From the NCBI GenBank assembly GCA_963662585.1, contig OY759729.1, positions 2,176,001 through 2,240,000 on the forward strand: a DNA stretch of 64,000 nt, given 5' to 3'. Positions 19,954 through 29,982 of this stretch are shown here, piece after piece (within the stretch, counting starts at the first letter, position 1; every line of letters begins with the position of its first letter). A program made the translations under genes and the position numbers. This DNA is from Candidatus Cloacimonadales bacterium (GTDB taxonomy: Bacteria > Cloacimonadota > Cloacimonadia > Cloacimonadales > JAFGVF01). The notes beneath the pieces are model-generated. The model ran no database searches. It saw nothing but the letters and a program-made list of their open reading frames with translations, and was not told the DNA's origin.

Positions 19954-21531
19954 CTGGCATACCCCCATTATTTTTATAAGAAATTGATCCGTAGTTGTAG
20001 CTTGTCATGATATTCCCCCTTGTGCGGTATAATTTTATTCAATTTAGTGTTATTAAATATGTGCTTTATGATTCTACTCAGTTTGTAATAGACATAGGTA
20101 TGATTCTTATAATTAGTGCTACCGAACTCAGGGAATTGATATAAAAGTTCTTCCAGATATTTTATTGTAGAATAAACTATATCTACTGCCACCATTAATA
20201 TAACATTAATATTTTTCAATCCTACATCAGACATCAGCTGAACTTTTTCCTAATTAAACTCCTGCTTGATATGTCTATGGAACTCTTCGATTTTCCATCT
20301 TTTTCTGTATCCTTTAACAGCTTTTAATATTATTTCATAGTCTGTCATTGTGCTATCATTAAAGTTACATAGAAAATAAAACAAGCCTCCTTTTTTACCA
20401 TGCCTTACAACAACTAAGTTTGCTTCAACTATATCTGGATGCTTACGTTTATGTGGATTAATTCTTATTTTCACTCTCTTTGTTCCGCAATTAAAAGTTT
20501 TATTATCAGATGTTTTAAACTCATGTTTAAGTTTAATTTGTCTTACTACTGATGAAAAGCTAACTTCGGTATTATCCTCAATAAAAGATCTCTTACCTGT
20601 ACTTCTAATTATATAGTTATTTTCATTATTTGAAAGTAAAGTTATTAACTTACGGCTATCATAACCTCTATCAAACACAAAAACACCTTTATTATTACTG
20701 TGAATAGTAATATCTATAATTCTATCTTCAAGTATATTCTTAGAAGTATCTTCTTCTATAATATTACTATATAATTGACTGCATATTGGGAGTATTGAAT
20801 AGTTCTTACCATTATCTGTTAGTGATGCAATATTAAGTAAATGATAACCTTTCGCTCTTTGTCCGGTAGAACCATCTCTAACTCTTGATAGTCCTTCTAA
20901 CTTATTTGATTCTGGCTTCAATATATCTGATTCATCAACTATAAAATATGTGTCATTGGTAGCTTTTGCACTGTTGTATTTTAACAAATTTTCACTTACC
21001 ACTTTTCCAATTTTCTCATTCTTTAGGTTTCTATATAATCTCTCACATACTTTATCTAAACTAATTTTTTCATGTAAACTTGTTGCTATTTGTCGAACAA
21101 TAACCGAGCTACTTGAAATGACTCCTTTCGTTATATCTTTCAAGGCTTTATGCTCAGGAATAGTTAAGCCTTCTGAATATTTTTTTACTCTTTTTGAAAA
21201 TTTACCTTGTAATTTTATTATATTCTGTTTTTTTAAATCCATTGTTAAAGTGCTCCTTTAGAAATTATTTGGTAGATAATCTAATTGTATTTAGGAGCAC
21301 TTTTTTTGCAAGGATTATTTTTCTTATTTTATTATCTATCAATTAGTTATACTATTTCTAAAAGTGTCTTAATATTAGCCTTGTTTGCAAGCTTTCTCGT
21401 AATTTTAATAGAAAAGTTTAAGTTTATTCGTAATACCTATAAATCAATCTTTTTAGACAATTTTTATATCTAACTTACTATAAAACTGAAAGTTCATTAT
21501 ATTATATCAAAGTTTTTTGGGGGTATGCCTG
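19954..21531 (-). mobile_element. IS4-family insertion sequence
   Basis: 14-bp IRs CTGGCATACCCCCA / TGGGGGTATGCCTG (1 mismatch). Flanking direct repeat ATATAATTTATTTA at 19940-19953 and 21532-21545. Confidence 0.88.
19974..21242 (-). pseudogene. IS4 DDE transposase interrupted by one in-frame TAG
   Basis: IVDESD, FDRGYD and the YREK motif YRKRWKIEEFHRHIK. The frame continues ...QEFN*EKVQLMSDVG across the TAG at 20250-20252. Confidence 0.85.
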
Positions 21532-21963
21532 ATATAATTTATTTATAAACTCAATTTCTTATCTAGCTTGTTAATAAAGGTCTTTTATCCTTAGAAAAAT
21601 AATAGGCTCAAGTTCAAGTCTGGTAGAAAATATTGTTAATTCTTGAGTATCTATAGCCGATGTTATTTCTGTATGTAAGTTTGTTTGTTAATTAGCTTCG
21701 TAGGAGTATCTGCTTTGTGCATTAGGAAGTCTCCAAAACAAGCTTTGCTCCTTAGATGCGAGTTGATAAGATTAGGTTTGTTAAAGGTTGCACCTAGGGA
21801 GTGACATGGGTTTCGAAAAAAACTCAGTGATACAAAGCCTTTAGATAATTCTACTCTTGTTGGAATTTAGATATTCTAGAAGTGCAGGGATATGAAACTG
21901 AAAAAATTGAAATTACCCTACAAGACTAGAAAATTCGATTCCAATGTTCATAAAAAATAATTC

Positions 21964-21992
21964 TTGACATAAATGATATTAATATTTATAAA
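21964..21992 (+). promoter_or_regulatory. Putative sigma70 promoter
   Basis: TTGACA-17 bp-TATAAA upstream of RBS GAGAGG and the ATG at 22023. Confidence 0.5.
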
Positions 21993-22022
21993 TAATAAAA
22001 TAAAAATACTGAGAGGATTAGT

Positions 22023-22275
22023 ATGTGGTTTTTCTTTAAATATGATTTTAGAGGTCTTGTGGAAGGTTTAAATAGAGTTGGATGGATAGCTTTTTTTTAT
22101 TACTATCTTAATACAAATCATATTATTTTTATGTTATAACTTAGATTATGCATCTCACAAGCATGCAATAGCTTATAATATAGGTGGAGTAATTATTAAC
22201 GGACTAATAGTAGCAATTATAGCTCATGTAATTAGCTCAATATTTACAGATCCTTATCCTGATAAAAAAAAGTAG
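22023..22275 (+). pseudogene. Small membrane protein gene frameshifted at a T8 tract (not in the ORF track)
   Basis: Removing one T from 22091-22098 gives an 83-aa ORF with 2 TM helices (MWFFFKYDFRGLVEG...TDPYPDKKK). It has an RBS, a promoter and a downstream hairpin. Confidence 0.6.
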
Positions 22276-22297
22276 CATTTTTATTTTAAATGCTACT
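22271..22297. terminator. Bidirectional terminator
   Basis: AGTAGCATTT...AAATGCTACT between convergent genes. Confidence 0.6.
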
Positions 22298-22308
22298 TTA
22301 TACTAATT

Positions 22309-23322
22309 TTATTTGTTTTCTTCCCACCAAAGATAAGGAGTTCCACCATTGATATTTTGATCAACTAGCCACACTTTTTTATAATTCCAATTATTATTAG
22401 AATTTTGAACTAATGAATTAAAGTTTTCTTTATTTTCATAATGACAGTCTTCAATATCATCCTGATAAGAATAGAACAAACCAGAGTCAAAGTTGTTAGT
22501 ATTTGATATCCAGTATACAGATTTAATAGTGCTCATTTCACTGTAATATATCAAAGGACATATCAGTGAGTTATCATCATTTAATTTTATATAAGTATTC
22601 TCAATAGAAGAGTTTATAAAGGAACCTATAATTCCAGATATATCTATTACTTCAGTACTAAAAATGTTAAAATTATTAAGTATGATATAGCAATTATCAA
22701 AGTTTGAGTCTCTTGTAAAATTAACAAAACCACCACCACTGTTATTACAGTTACCTATTGTTCCGATATCTACATTGGCTGCACAAAATCGTACAATACT
22801 GTTTATAGCTCCACTACTCAATCCTGATACACGACCATGTGTGCTAATGTTTCCACTTACCTTGCAGTTTTCTACAGTACTATTAACAATACTAAAAGAT
22901 AATATACCGCCCGATCCATAACCAGTTAAAAGAGCATCTGAGAAAAGTAAATTTTTTACTGTGCCGTCTCTGATAATACAAAAGAAACCTAACAGAGCTT
23001 CTTCATCTACTGAATTTTGCTGGAAGTTATATATTGTATGAAACTGTCCATCAAAATGACCATTAAAACCTTCAATACCTCCAATACCTTTCCATGATTC
23101 ATTATTACTATTATCATAGTAATTAGACATGTCTATATCATTATCTAAAACAATCCAAGGAACCTTGTTAGTTTTATTTTCACCATACAAATCATCTTTT
23201 ACCCATATCAAATCGTCTAATGAAACTATTTTATAAGGGGCACTTTCTGTTCCTTCTCCTAAAGGAATACTTTCAAGATATATGAGCGATATTATGAAAA
23301 GAAATATAAAATAATGTTTCAT
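22309..23322 (-). CDS. Secreted GLUG-motif / beta-helix protein
   Basis: Signal peptide; GEGTESAPYKI, LDNDIDMS, FNGHFDGQFHTIYN, INGGTPYL. Confidence 0.75.
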   Translation of the reverse strand: MKHYFIFLFIISLIYLESIPLGEGTESAPYKIVSLDDLIWVKDDLYGENKTNKVPWIVLDNDIDMSNYYDNSNNESWKGIGGIEGFNGHFDGQFHTIYNFQQNSVDEEALLGFFCIIRDGTVKNLLFSDALLTGYGSGGILSFSIVNSTVENCKVSGNISTHGRVSGLSSGAINSIVRFCAANVDIGTIGNCNNSGGGFVNFTRDSNFDNCYIILNNFNIFSTEVIDISGIIGSFINSSIENTYIKLNDDNSLICPLIYYSEMSTIKSVYWISNTNNFDSGLFYSYQDDIEDCHYENKENFNSLVQNSNNNWNYKKVWLVDQNINGGTPYLWWEENK

Positions 23323-23612
23323 ATTGTGTCCTCTATATTAATAAAGTTGGGGGATATGGGAAAGTAATCTTTGCTAAGATCATCTAAACAGTAATGTTCA
23401 ATCATTCGATAAGTTGAAGTTGAATCAGCATACAAATTAAGAAAGGTTATGAAATGATCATATTCTTTAGAAGAATATACTTGCTGTGGATCAACAACAT
23501 AAATTGTACTTCTTTCACTTGAAGTAATGTCTCTTCCACTAGTATTATCACTTTGACAGCCTGCAATTACTAAAATCAGTAATGCGATAAAAAAACAAAC
23601 TATTCTAAACAT
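23319..23612 (-). CDS. Small lipoprotein
   Basis: Lipobox IAGC; 4-bp overlap with the GLUG gene. Confidence 0.6.
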   Translation of the reverse strand: MFRIVCFFIALLILVIAGCQSDNTSGRDITSSERSTIYVVDPQQVYSSKEYDHFITFLNLYADSTSTYRMIEHYCLDDLSKDYFPISPNFINIEDTI

Positions 23613-23819
23613 AGAAACTCTTTTTAAATATTATTATATATATTCAATTTTTTTTTAGTGTATTTGTCAATATCTTTTTTTTAGTTTTTAAAATAGATGG
23701 TATAATAATGTAAGCTTAAAGTTGGAAGATAATACTATTCAAATTAGGATACCATTCCTGAAGCGTCGCAATAGCTATGGCTACACATACTGGAATTTTA
23801 CCAAACTGAAACCAAAAAA

Positions 23820-23858
23820 AAGCACTAAACTGTTGAAAAAAATCAACACTTAGTGCTT
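23820..23858 (-). terminator. Terminator after pgk
   Basis: AAGCACTAA...TTAGTGCTT stem with an adjacent A tract. Confidence 0.6.
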
Positions 23859-23872
23859 AAAATATAATATAG

Positions 23873-25192
23873 TTATTTTTCTGTAGCTTTTAGTGCATAT
23901 CTTTCTTGATTATCGATAAGAGCTTGAACCGGTTGCATTCCGAAAGGAGAACCTTGTTCAATAGAATTTAATACAGCTCCACCACCGGTAAAGAAATAGT
24001 AATCATCGCGTTCGATAGCTTTTAAGTAGGTTTCATAAGCTACAGCTTTGAATTCTTGCAGAGTATCTCCACCACCAAACATCTTCATGGCATTTTCGTT
24101 TTTAGAGATAATTTCATAAAGATCTTTTGTGCCATCTGTGAAATAAGGAGCGAAGCCCATAACTGCATTACAGAAGAACATGTTAGCTCTGCTGAATATC
24201 TCTTTTATATGGCGTAATGACCAGGTTTCCCATGAAACATCTAAAATATAATTTAATTCAGTTCCAGGTTTCAAATCGTGGATGAAATGAGTTCTGTATT
24301 TGCCTTCTTGTTTTTCACCTAAAACATCTGATTCCACAATATAAGGAAGCTCAACGATTCTCTGTGGGAATTCATTAGCTTTCTCTAAGAATGCTCTAGC
24401 AGATTCTAAATCTTTTTCTGTAATACCTTTAATCTTCAGATTATATTTAACAGCAAGGTAAGCGTTGTAGATAACTCCACCCAGGATAAGATAATCAACA
24501 TGTTCTAAGAGATTATTTAGAGGCTTAATCTTGGTATCAAATTTTGACCCAGCAACAATACCCACAAAAGGTCTTTGAGGTTGAAATACTTGTTTCAAAT
24601 GAGTAATCTCTTTCTGCATTAAGATTCCGGAATATGAAGGCATATAATAAGTAGGCTTCATCGTTGAAGTATGAGGTTGCCAAGAACCAAAAGCATCATT
24701 AACAAAGACATCTGCAATATTAGCCAAGGCTTTACCTAAATCATCTGAATCACCATTCATTGATTCTTCACCTCTAAACCAGCGAGTGTTAGGAAGATAG
24801 ATCATGTCAATTTTGCTTTTTCTTAAATCTTCTATTAAAGAATATACTGAATCATCATCAACTTCTATCCCATTATCTTCTCTTTTAAACCACTTGGGAA
24901 TTTCAATATTCAGAGATAATTTCGATTTCATGTATTCAACAATTGGAGTAACTGAATCATCATCAGAAATTGTGATTTTCCCTGTATCTTTATCTACAGG
25001 ACGACCGTTATGGGTCATTAAAATTAATTTTCCACCTCGTAAGGCAATATTCAATAGGGTAGGTAGAGTAGCATCGATACGCTCAGTATCTTTGATTACA
25101 CCATTTTTAACAACATTATGATCAACTCTTACTAAGACGATTTTGTCCTTTAAATCAGCATCTTGAATTCTTGGTAAATTACGATTTAACAT
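23873..25192 (-). CDS. pgk: Phosphoglycerate kinase (divergent)
   Basis: VRVDHNV, THNGRP, FVNDAFG, AGSKFDTKI, GGGDT, FTGGGA. Confidence 0.9.
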   Translation of the reverse strand: MLNRNLPRIQDADLKDKIVLVRVDHNVVKNGVIKDTERIDATLPTLLNIALRGGKLILMTHNGRPVDKDTGKITISDDDSVTPIVEYMKSKLSLNIEIPKWFKREDNGIEVDDDSVYSLIEDLRKSKIDMIYLPNTRWFRGEESMNGDSDDLGKALANIADVFVNDAFGSWQPHTSTMKPTYYMPSYSGILMQKEITHLKQVFQPQRPFVGIVAGSKFDTKIKPLNNLLEHVDYLILGGVIYNAYLAVKYNLKIKGITEKDLESARAFLEKANEFPQRIVELPYIVESDVLGEKQEGKYRTHFIHDLKPGTELNYILDVSWETWSLRHIKEIFSRANMFFCNAVMGFAPYFTDGTKDLYEIISKNENAMKMFGGGDTLQEFKAVAYETYLKAIERDDYYFFTGGGAVLNSIEQGSPFGMQPVQALIDNQERYALKATEK

Positions 25193-25490
25193 CTTTACTC
25201 CCAGATATGTTCTTTATATAACCAACTAAAAGTATTTAATAAAAGTAGGCAAGTTTTTTTTACGAATATCTAATTTACTTCGAGGCTTTTTGGACACAAA
25301 AGAAGGGATGTGTCTAAAAGATCACTAATTTCAAGGACGCTATTTTTCAACTAAGTAAGAAGAAGATTTTTAACAGATAGTAGAAAAAACAGATCTGTGG
25401 ATTTGTCTGTATTAGGCGAAATCATTAAATTAGTAATAATTTATCTCTTTGGAGTAATGGACTTTCTTTTAATCTTTATCAATCTTTTTA

Positions 25491-25518
25491 TTGACATCAA
25501 TAGCACATTATTCATAAT
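25491..25518 (+). promoter_or_regulatory. Putative promoter of the rlmH-rsmG-parAB-atp cluster
   Basis: TTGACA-16 bp-CATAAT about 20 bp before the rlmH start. Confidence 0.45.
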
Positions 25519-25536
25519 AAAAAAAAGGAAAAATTA

Positions 25537-26001
25537 ATGAATATAAGAATAATATGTCCAGGAAAAACTAAACAAAAGTTTATCGAAGAGGGGATAGCTG
25601 AATATACTAAGAGGTTGTCAGCATTCTGTAAGTTAGAGATAATTGAAACAGCAGATGTTAAATTATCTTCTTCTAACAATATCGAGATTGTTAAGCAAAA
25701 AGAAGCAGAAATAATTGGGAAATATCTAAAAAAAGAGCATTATTTAATTGCCCTTGATGAACATGGAAAACAGTATAGTTCAATAGATTTTGCGGGATTT
25801 ATTGACAGTTATAAGGGAATAAGAAATATTGACTTCTTAATAGGTGGAGTTTATGGTTTAGCTGAGGAATTAAGGAAGAGTGCAGATCTTTTGCTTGCTT
25901 TCTCAAAAATGACCTTTACTCACCGAATGATTAGAATGCTGTTAGTAGAGCAAATCTACCGCAGTTTTTGTATTTTAAATGGTAAAAAATATCATTATTA
26001 A
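25537..26001 (+). CDS. rlmH: 23S rRNA pseudouridine1915 N3-methyltransferase
   Basis: LDEHGKQYSS, FLIGGVYG, FSKMTFTHRMIR, EQIYR, KYHY. Confidence 0.95.
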   Translation: MNIRIICPGKTKQKFIEEGIAEYTKRLSAFCKLEIIETADVKLSSSNNIEIVKQKEAEIIGKYLKKEHYLIALDEHGKQYSSIDFAGFIDSYKGIRNIDFLIGGVYGLAEELRKSADLLLAFSKMTFTHRMIRMLLVEQIYRSFCILNGKKYHY

Positions 26002-26013
26002 AAAGAGGTAATT

Positions 26014-26151
26014 ATGAATGATTTAATGTTAGCTGTCAGCTTCTTATGGAAAGGAATGTTAGGTATTTTTGCCTTTATGTTTCTTTTTTATGGAATAATC
26101 ACAGGTTTAGATAGAATATTCGTGAAAAATAAGAAGGAAACACAGATCTAA
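26014..26151 (+). CDS. 45-aa single-TM protein, OadG-like small subunit (not in the ORF track)
   Basis: RBS AAGAGG; MNDLMLAVSFLWKGMLGIFAFMFLFYGIITGLDRIFVKNKKETQI; exactly fills the rlmH-rsmG gap. Confidence 0.7.
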   Translation: MNDLMLAVSFLWKGMLGIFAFMFLFYGIITGLDRIFVKNKKETQI

Positions 26152-26152
26152 A

Positions 26153-26767
26153 ATGAATAATAAAGAGATATTCTTTCAGTTTCTTGAGGAGAATTTTCCT
26201 GAGAGAGCTGAACAACTTAAAAAAAGCTTTGAACAATATTATGAAGTATTAGTGGATGCAAATTCCAAAATAAATCTTTTTTCTCGCAAAATGCCTTTAG
26301 AAGAGATTTGGATCACCCATTTCCTTGATTCTTTGTTACCTTACAAATTGATTGATAGTAAGAAGAAGAGAATTTTAGACTTCGGAACTGGTGGTGGATT
26401 ACCCGGGATTCCTATGGCAATAATATATCCTAATATGCAGGTAAATCTCTTAGATGGAACTAAGAAAAAGATTCTTGTGATAAATGAAATGATTGAAATA
26501 CTTCAGCTTGCTAATGTGGATACTATCTGGACCAGAATAGAAGAGTATAATACTATCAATAAATATGATTATATAATCTGCAGGTCTGTTAAAATTTTAC
26601 CAACTTTTAAAGAGCCATTAATGAATGTTTTGTCACCAAAAGGTAAGATAATTCTCTATAAGAGCAAAATTTTAGATGATGTAACTCAATTTGAAAGTTA
26701 TAAAATGAATGATTTTAGTAATGAAATATTAGGGACAAGGAATATAATTGAGATAGATTATGAGTAG
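26153..26767 (+). CDS. rsmG: 16S rRNA m7G527 methyltransferase (GidB)
   Basis: HFLDSL, LDFGTGGGLPGIP, KKI, RIEE. Confidence 0.93.
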   Translation: MNNKEIFFQFLEENFPERAEQLKKSFEQYYEVLVDANSKINLFSRKMPLEEIWITHFLDSLLPYKLIDSKKKRILDFGTGGGLPGIPMAIIYPNMQVNLLDGTKKKILVINEMIEILQLANVDTIWTRIEEYNTINKYDYIICRSVKILPTFKEPLMNVLSPKGKIILYKSKILDDVTQFESYKMNDFSNEILGTRNIIEIDYE

Positions 26768-27518
26768 AATAATTTCAATAGTAAATCAGAAGGGTGGTGT
26801 AGGCAAAACCACAACAGCTATGAATTTAGCTGCTGGATTAGCAGTTCTTGAGAAGAAGACTCTTCTTATAGACCTCGATCCCCAAGGGAATTCTAGTAGT
26901 GGTTTAGGTATAAACAAAAATGACATTGAAAAACATATCTATCAAGTTATTATTGGTAAAGTTGATATAGCAGAGACTATATTAACTACTTCGATGGATA
27001 ATTTGGATATAATTCCTGCTAATATAAATCTTACTGGAGCAGAAATTGAACTGGTTAAGGAGTTTGCTAGAGAACAAAAGCTAAAAGAGGCCTTAAAAAA
27101 CATCGTTGATAATTATGAGTATATTATTATTGATTGCCCGCCATCCTTAGGTTTGCTATCTGTCAACGCCTTAACAGCCTGCACTGATGTAATAATCCCG
27201 ATTCAGTGTGAATATTTTGCTTTGGAAGGTGTTAGTCAATTACTCAATACTGTAAGACTAATACAACAGAGCCTTAATCCTAAGTTAAATGTCTTCGGGA
27301 TTCTTCTAACAATGTTTGATAAGAGATTAAATCTTTCAAATCAAGTAGTTTCCGAGGTTAGGCGCTATTTCAAAGAACAAGTTTTTGAAACAATGATCAA
27401 TCGCAATGTTAAGCTTAGTGAAGCTCCAAGTTTTGGAAAATCTATTTTTGAATATGATATAAAATCTGTTGGTTCTCAAAATTACTTAGAATTAGCTTCA
27501 GAGGTGGTAAAAAAATGA
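26760..27518 (+). CDS. parA: Chromosome partitioning ATPase ParA/Soj
   Basis: NQKGGVGKTTT, DLDPQGN, IDCPPSLG, EAPSFG. Confidence 0.96.
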   Translation: MSRIISIVNQKGGVGKTTTAMNLAAGLAVLEKKTLLIDLDPQGNSSSGLGINKNDIEKHIYQVIIGKVDIAETILTTSMDNLDIIPANINLTGAEIELVKEFAREQKLKEALKNIVDNYEYIIIDCPPSLGLLSVNALTACTDVIIPIQCEYFALEGVSQLLNTVRLIQQSLNPKLNVFGILLTMFDKRLNLSNQVVSEVRRYFKEQVFETMINRNVKLSEAPSFGKSIFEYDIKSVGSQNYLELASEVVKK

Positions 27519-28351
27519 GTTTTGAATTAGGTCGTGGTTTAGACTCTCTTATCTCAAAACTTCCTGAATCGACTAATAGCGAAACAGGAATAACAACTGT
27601 AAAAATAGAATTTATTCATCCAAACAAGCTTCAACCAAGAAAGCTGTTTGATCAAGAGAAATTGGAAGAATTAGCAAATTCAATTAAAGAAAATGGGATA
27701 ATTCAACCGATTATTGTTACAAAAAGTATGGATCAAGAAGGCTATGAGCTGGTTGCTGGGGAGAGAAGATTAGAAGCCTCTAAGCTAGCTGGCTTTGATG
27801 AAATACCAGTGATTGTTCGTTCTATATCTCAAAAAGAAAAACTTCTTTATGCTATTATTGAAAATGTTCAGAGAGAAGATCTTAATGCTATTGAAGAAGC
27901 CTTAGCTTATAATCAACTAATTAATGATTTCGAAATGTCTCAAGCACAAGTTGCTGAGATGATGGGGAAAGATAGATCTACTATCACAAATACATTGAGA
28001 ATGTTGAAGTTAACTCCACAAGTGCAGAAACTTCTTCTTCATAATGATATCTCTGCAGGACATTGTCGGGCTATTTTGCAAATTCCGGAAGAGGAGCAAC
28101 TCAACTTTGCCCAAAAGATTATTAATGATTCCCTTTCTGTTAGGAAAGCTGAAGAGTTAGCTCAGGCTTGGAATAGTAAAACTAAAAAGAAGAAACTTAC
28201 TTCTCAAAGAAGAAAAGATGTCGAAGAGTTGCTCAAACAGCAATTTAAGCTCAAGATAAAAGTTGAAGAGAAGAATGGGAAAGGTAAAATAGTTATTCAA
28301 TACAGTAATGAAGAAGAGTTAAAACAGCTTCTTCAGTCACTGGAAAAATAA
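27515..28351 (+). CDS. parB: Chromosome partitioning protein ParB/Spo0J
   Basis: LGRGLDSL, QPRKLF, GIIQPI, AGERR, ENVQREDLN, HTH. Confidence 0.96.
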   Translation: MSFELGRGLDSLISKLPESTNSETGITTVKIEFIHPNKLQPRKLFDQEKLEELANSIKENGIIQPIIVTKSMDQEGYELVAGERRLEASKLAGFDEIPVIVRSISQKEKLLYAIIENVQREDLNAIEEALAYNQLINDFEMSQAQVAEMMGKDRSTITNTLRMLKLTPQVQKLLLHNDISAGHCRAILQIPEEEQLNFAQKIINDSLSVRKAEELAQAWNSKTKKKKLTSQRRKDVEELLKQQFKLKIKVEEKNGKGKIVIQYSNEEELKQLLQSLEK

Positions 28352-28354
28352 GTA

Positions 28355-28588
28355 ATGTTTAAAAAATATGATGGTTTTGACCCAACACTCCTAAAATATC
28401 TTAGCTTGATTACCCAATTAGGTCTGCTAATGATTAGTTCAATCGTTATATTTTTATTGATTGGACGCTGGCTTGATAAATTACTAGATACAGCTAATTT
28501 ATTTTTAATTATAGGTATTATTTCTGGTATAGCAAGTGGTATATTCTCTAATTATATACTCTTACGGAAGTTTTATGGAAATAAATAA
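28355..28588 (+). CDS. AtpZ/AtpQ-like membrane protein
   Basis: Two TM helices with GRWLD; first gene of the atp cluster. Confidence 0.8.
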   Translation: MFKKYDGFDPTLLKYLSLITQLGLLMISSIVIFLLIGRWLDKLLDTANLFLIIGIISGIASGIFSNYILLRKFYGNK

Positions 28589-28961
28589 ATACATAAGAAG
28601 AATTATTCAAATAATTATCTTGACAAATATTCCCTTAGTTATATCGATATTTATATCTAATAAAGAATGGGTCAGCTTTTCTTATATTTTAGGCTCAATA
28701 GCCAGTGCTGGTAATTTTATCTGGCACAGCTATGTCGTGAGAAATGCTCTCTCTATGAATGAAAATGCAACTAAACTGAGAGTTGTTAAAGGATTTTATC
28801 TTCGTTATGTTGTTTTTGTCCTTTATGCTCTTATTATTGCTTTAGTGTTCAAAAATCAGATTGATATTATCTGGTTTGGATTTGGATTATTATCTGCCCA
28901 AATCTCTATCTATCTAGATATGATATGGGGTATAATAAAAAAATACTTAAGAATCGAGTAA
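28575..28961 (+). CDS. atpI: ATP synthase subunit I
   Basis: Four TM helices with YLRY, upstream of atpB. Start placed at MEINKY, overlapping the previous gene. Confidence 0.75.
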   Translation: MEINKYIRRIIQIIILTNIPLVISIFISNKEWVSFSYILGSIASAGNFIWHSYVVRNALSMNENATKLRVVKGFYLRYVVFVLYALIIALVFKNQIDIIWFGFGLLSAQISIYLDMIWGIIKKYLRIE

Positions 28962-28965
28962 AACT

Positions 28966-29973
28966 ATGACAAAAAAGAAAATTATTTTAACTGCTATGGG
29001 CATTGTCTTTGCCATCGAGTTAATCCTATCGTTTTACTTAAACTTCAGTCTAAATGTCGGAACTAACCCTGAAACAGGTAAGTTCGGTTTTTATCTTACT
29101 GAAGAGATAGTAGCGATGCAGGATAAAATCAATGAAGAGACACAACCTGATCAGTTTTTAATGGATTCTGAAGTAGTCACCAAGTACAAAGCTGAAAATC
29201 CTGACTGGACAATGGCTAATATTATCGAAAATGTCAAATTAAATCACGCTGAGGAAGATTTAGAAATAATAAAAGAGCATATCCCTTGGGGGTCTACTTC
29301 GATTTACCTTTTCTTCCATAACTTTCTTGGTGATGGTAAAACTATCAACTCTATTCGTATGATAAGAATGATGTTTATAGTTGATTTGATTCTGATTATA
29401 TTTGCTCTTATGGTCCGTCGCAAGATTCAGTTTAAACCTGGAAAACTACAAGTTGTTGCAGAAATGATGTACGATTCTTTTGAAAGTTTAGTTGGTGAAT
29501 CCTTAGGGACTACAAACAAACACTTTACACCTTATCTATTAACCCTTTTCCTTTTTATCTGGGTTAGTAATCTGATAGGATTAATTCCTATTAGGGGAAT
29601 AAGTGAGCCAACTAGGAATTTAAATGTCACAATCGGTCTCGGTATCATTGCCATTATTGTTGTTCAGTACAACGCTATTAAGAAAAAAGGACTATGGACT
29701 CATCTCAAAAGTTTTGCAGAACCAATGTTCTTTTTAGCTCCCCTCAATATTATAGGTGAACTATCAAAAGTAGTCTCTATTGCTTTCCGTCTTTTCGGTA
29801 ACATTATGGGTGGCGCTATCATTATCTTAGTGGTTTCTGAATTAGTCAGATATATCATGGTACCAATAGTATTATCAGGGTTCTTCGGACTCTTTGCAGG
29901 TTCTGTGCAAGCATTCGTATTTACAATGCTAGCTATGAGTTATCTTGCAGTAGAAATAAATGTTGAAGAGTAG
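28966..29973 (+). CDS. atpB: ATP synthase Fo subunit a with N-terminal extension
   Basis: PGKLQ, NLIGLIP, PTRNLN, SIAFRLFGNI, QAFVFTML. Confidence 0.93.
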   Translation: MTKKKIILTAMGIVFAIELILSFYLNFSLNVGTNPETGKFGFYLTEEIVAMQDKINEETQPDQFLMDSEVVTKYKAENPDWTMANIIENVKLNHAEEDLEIIKEHIPWGSTSIYLFFHNFLGDGKTINSIRMIRMMFIVDLILIIFALMVRRKIQFKPGKLQVVAEMMYDSFESLVGESLGTTNKHFTPYLLTLFLFIWVSNLIGLIPIRGISEPTRNLNVTIGLGIIAIIVVQYNAIKKKGLWTHLKSFAEPMFFLAPLNIIGELSKVVSIAFRLFGNIMGGAIIILVVSELVRYIMVPIVLSGFFGLFAGSVQAFVFTMLAMSYLAVEINVEE

Positions 29974-29982
29974 GAGGATAAG

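Noticed and set aside
20250..20252. Programmed amber readthrough (pyrrolysine or recoding) in the IS4 transposase
   Set aside because: A single TGG-to-TAG change explains it; other genes here end normally at TAG and no pyl genes are visible.
25193..28351. oriC or parS near rsmG-parA-parB
   Set aside because: No DnaA-box cluster or TGTTTCACGTGAAACA-like palindrome was seen. The one TTATCCACA noticed (~7445) lies inside a CDS.
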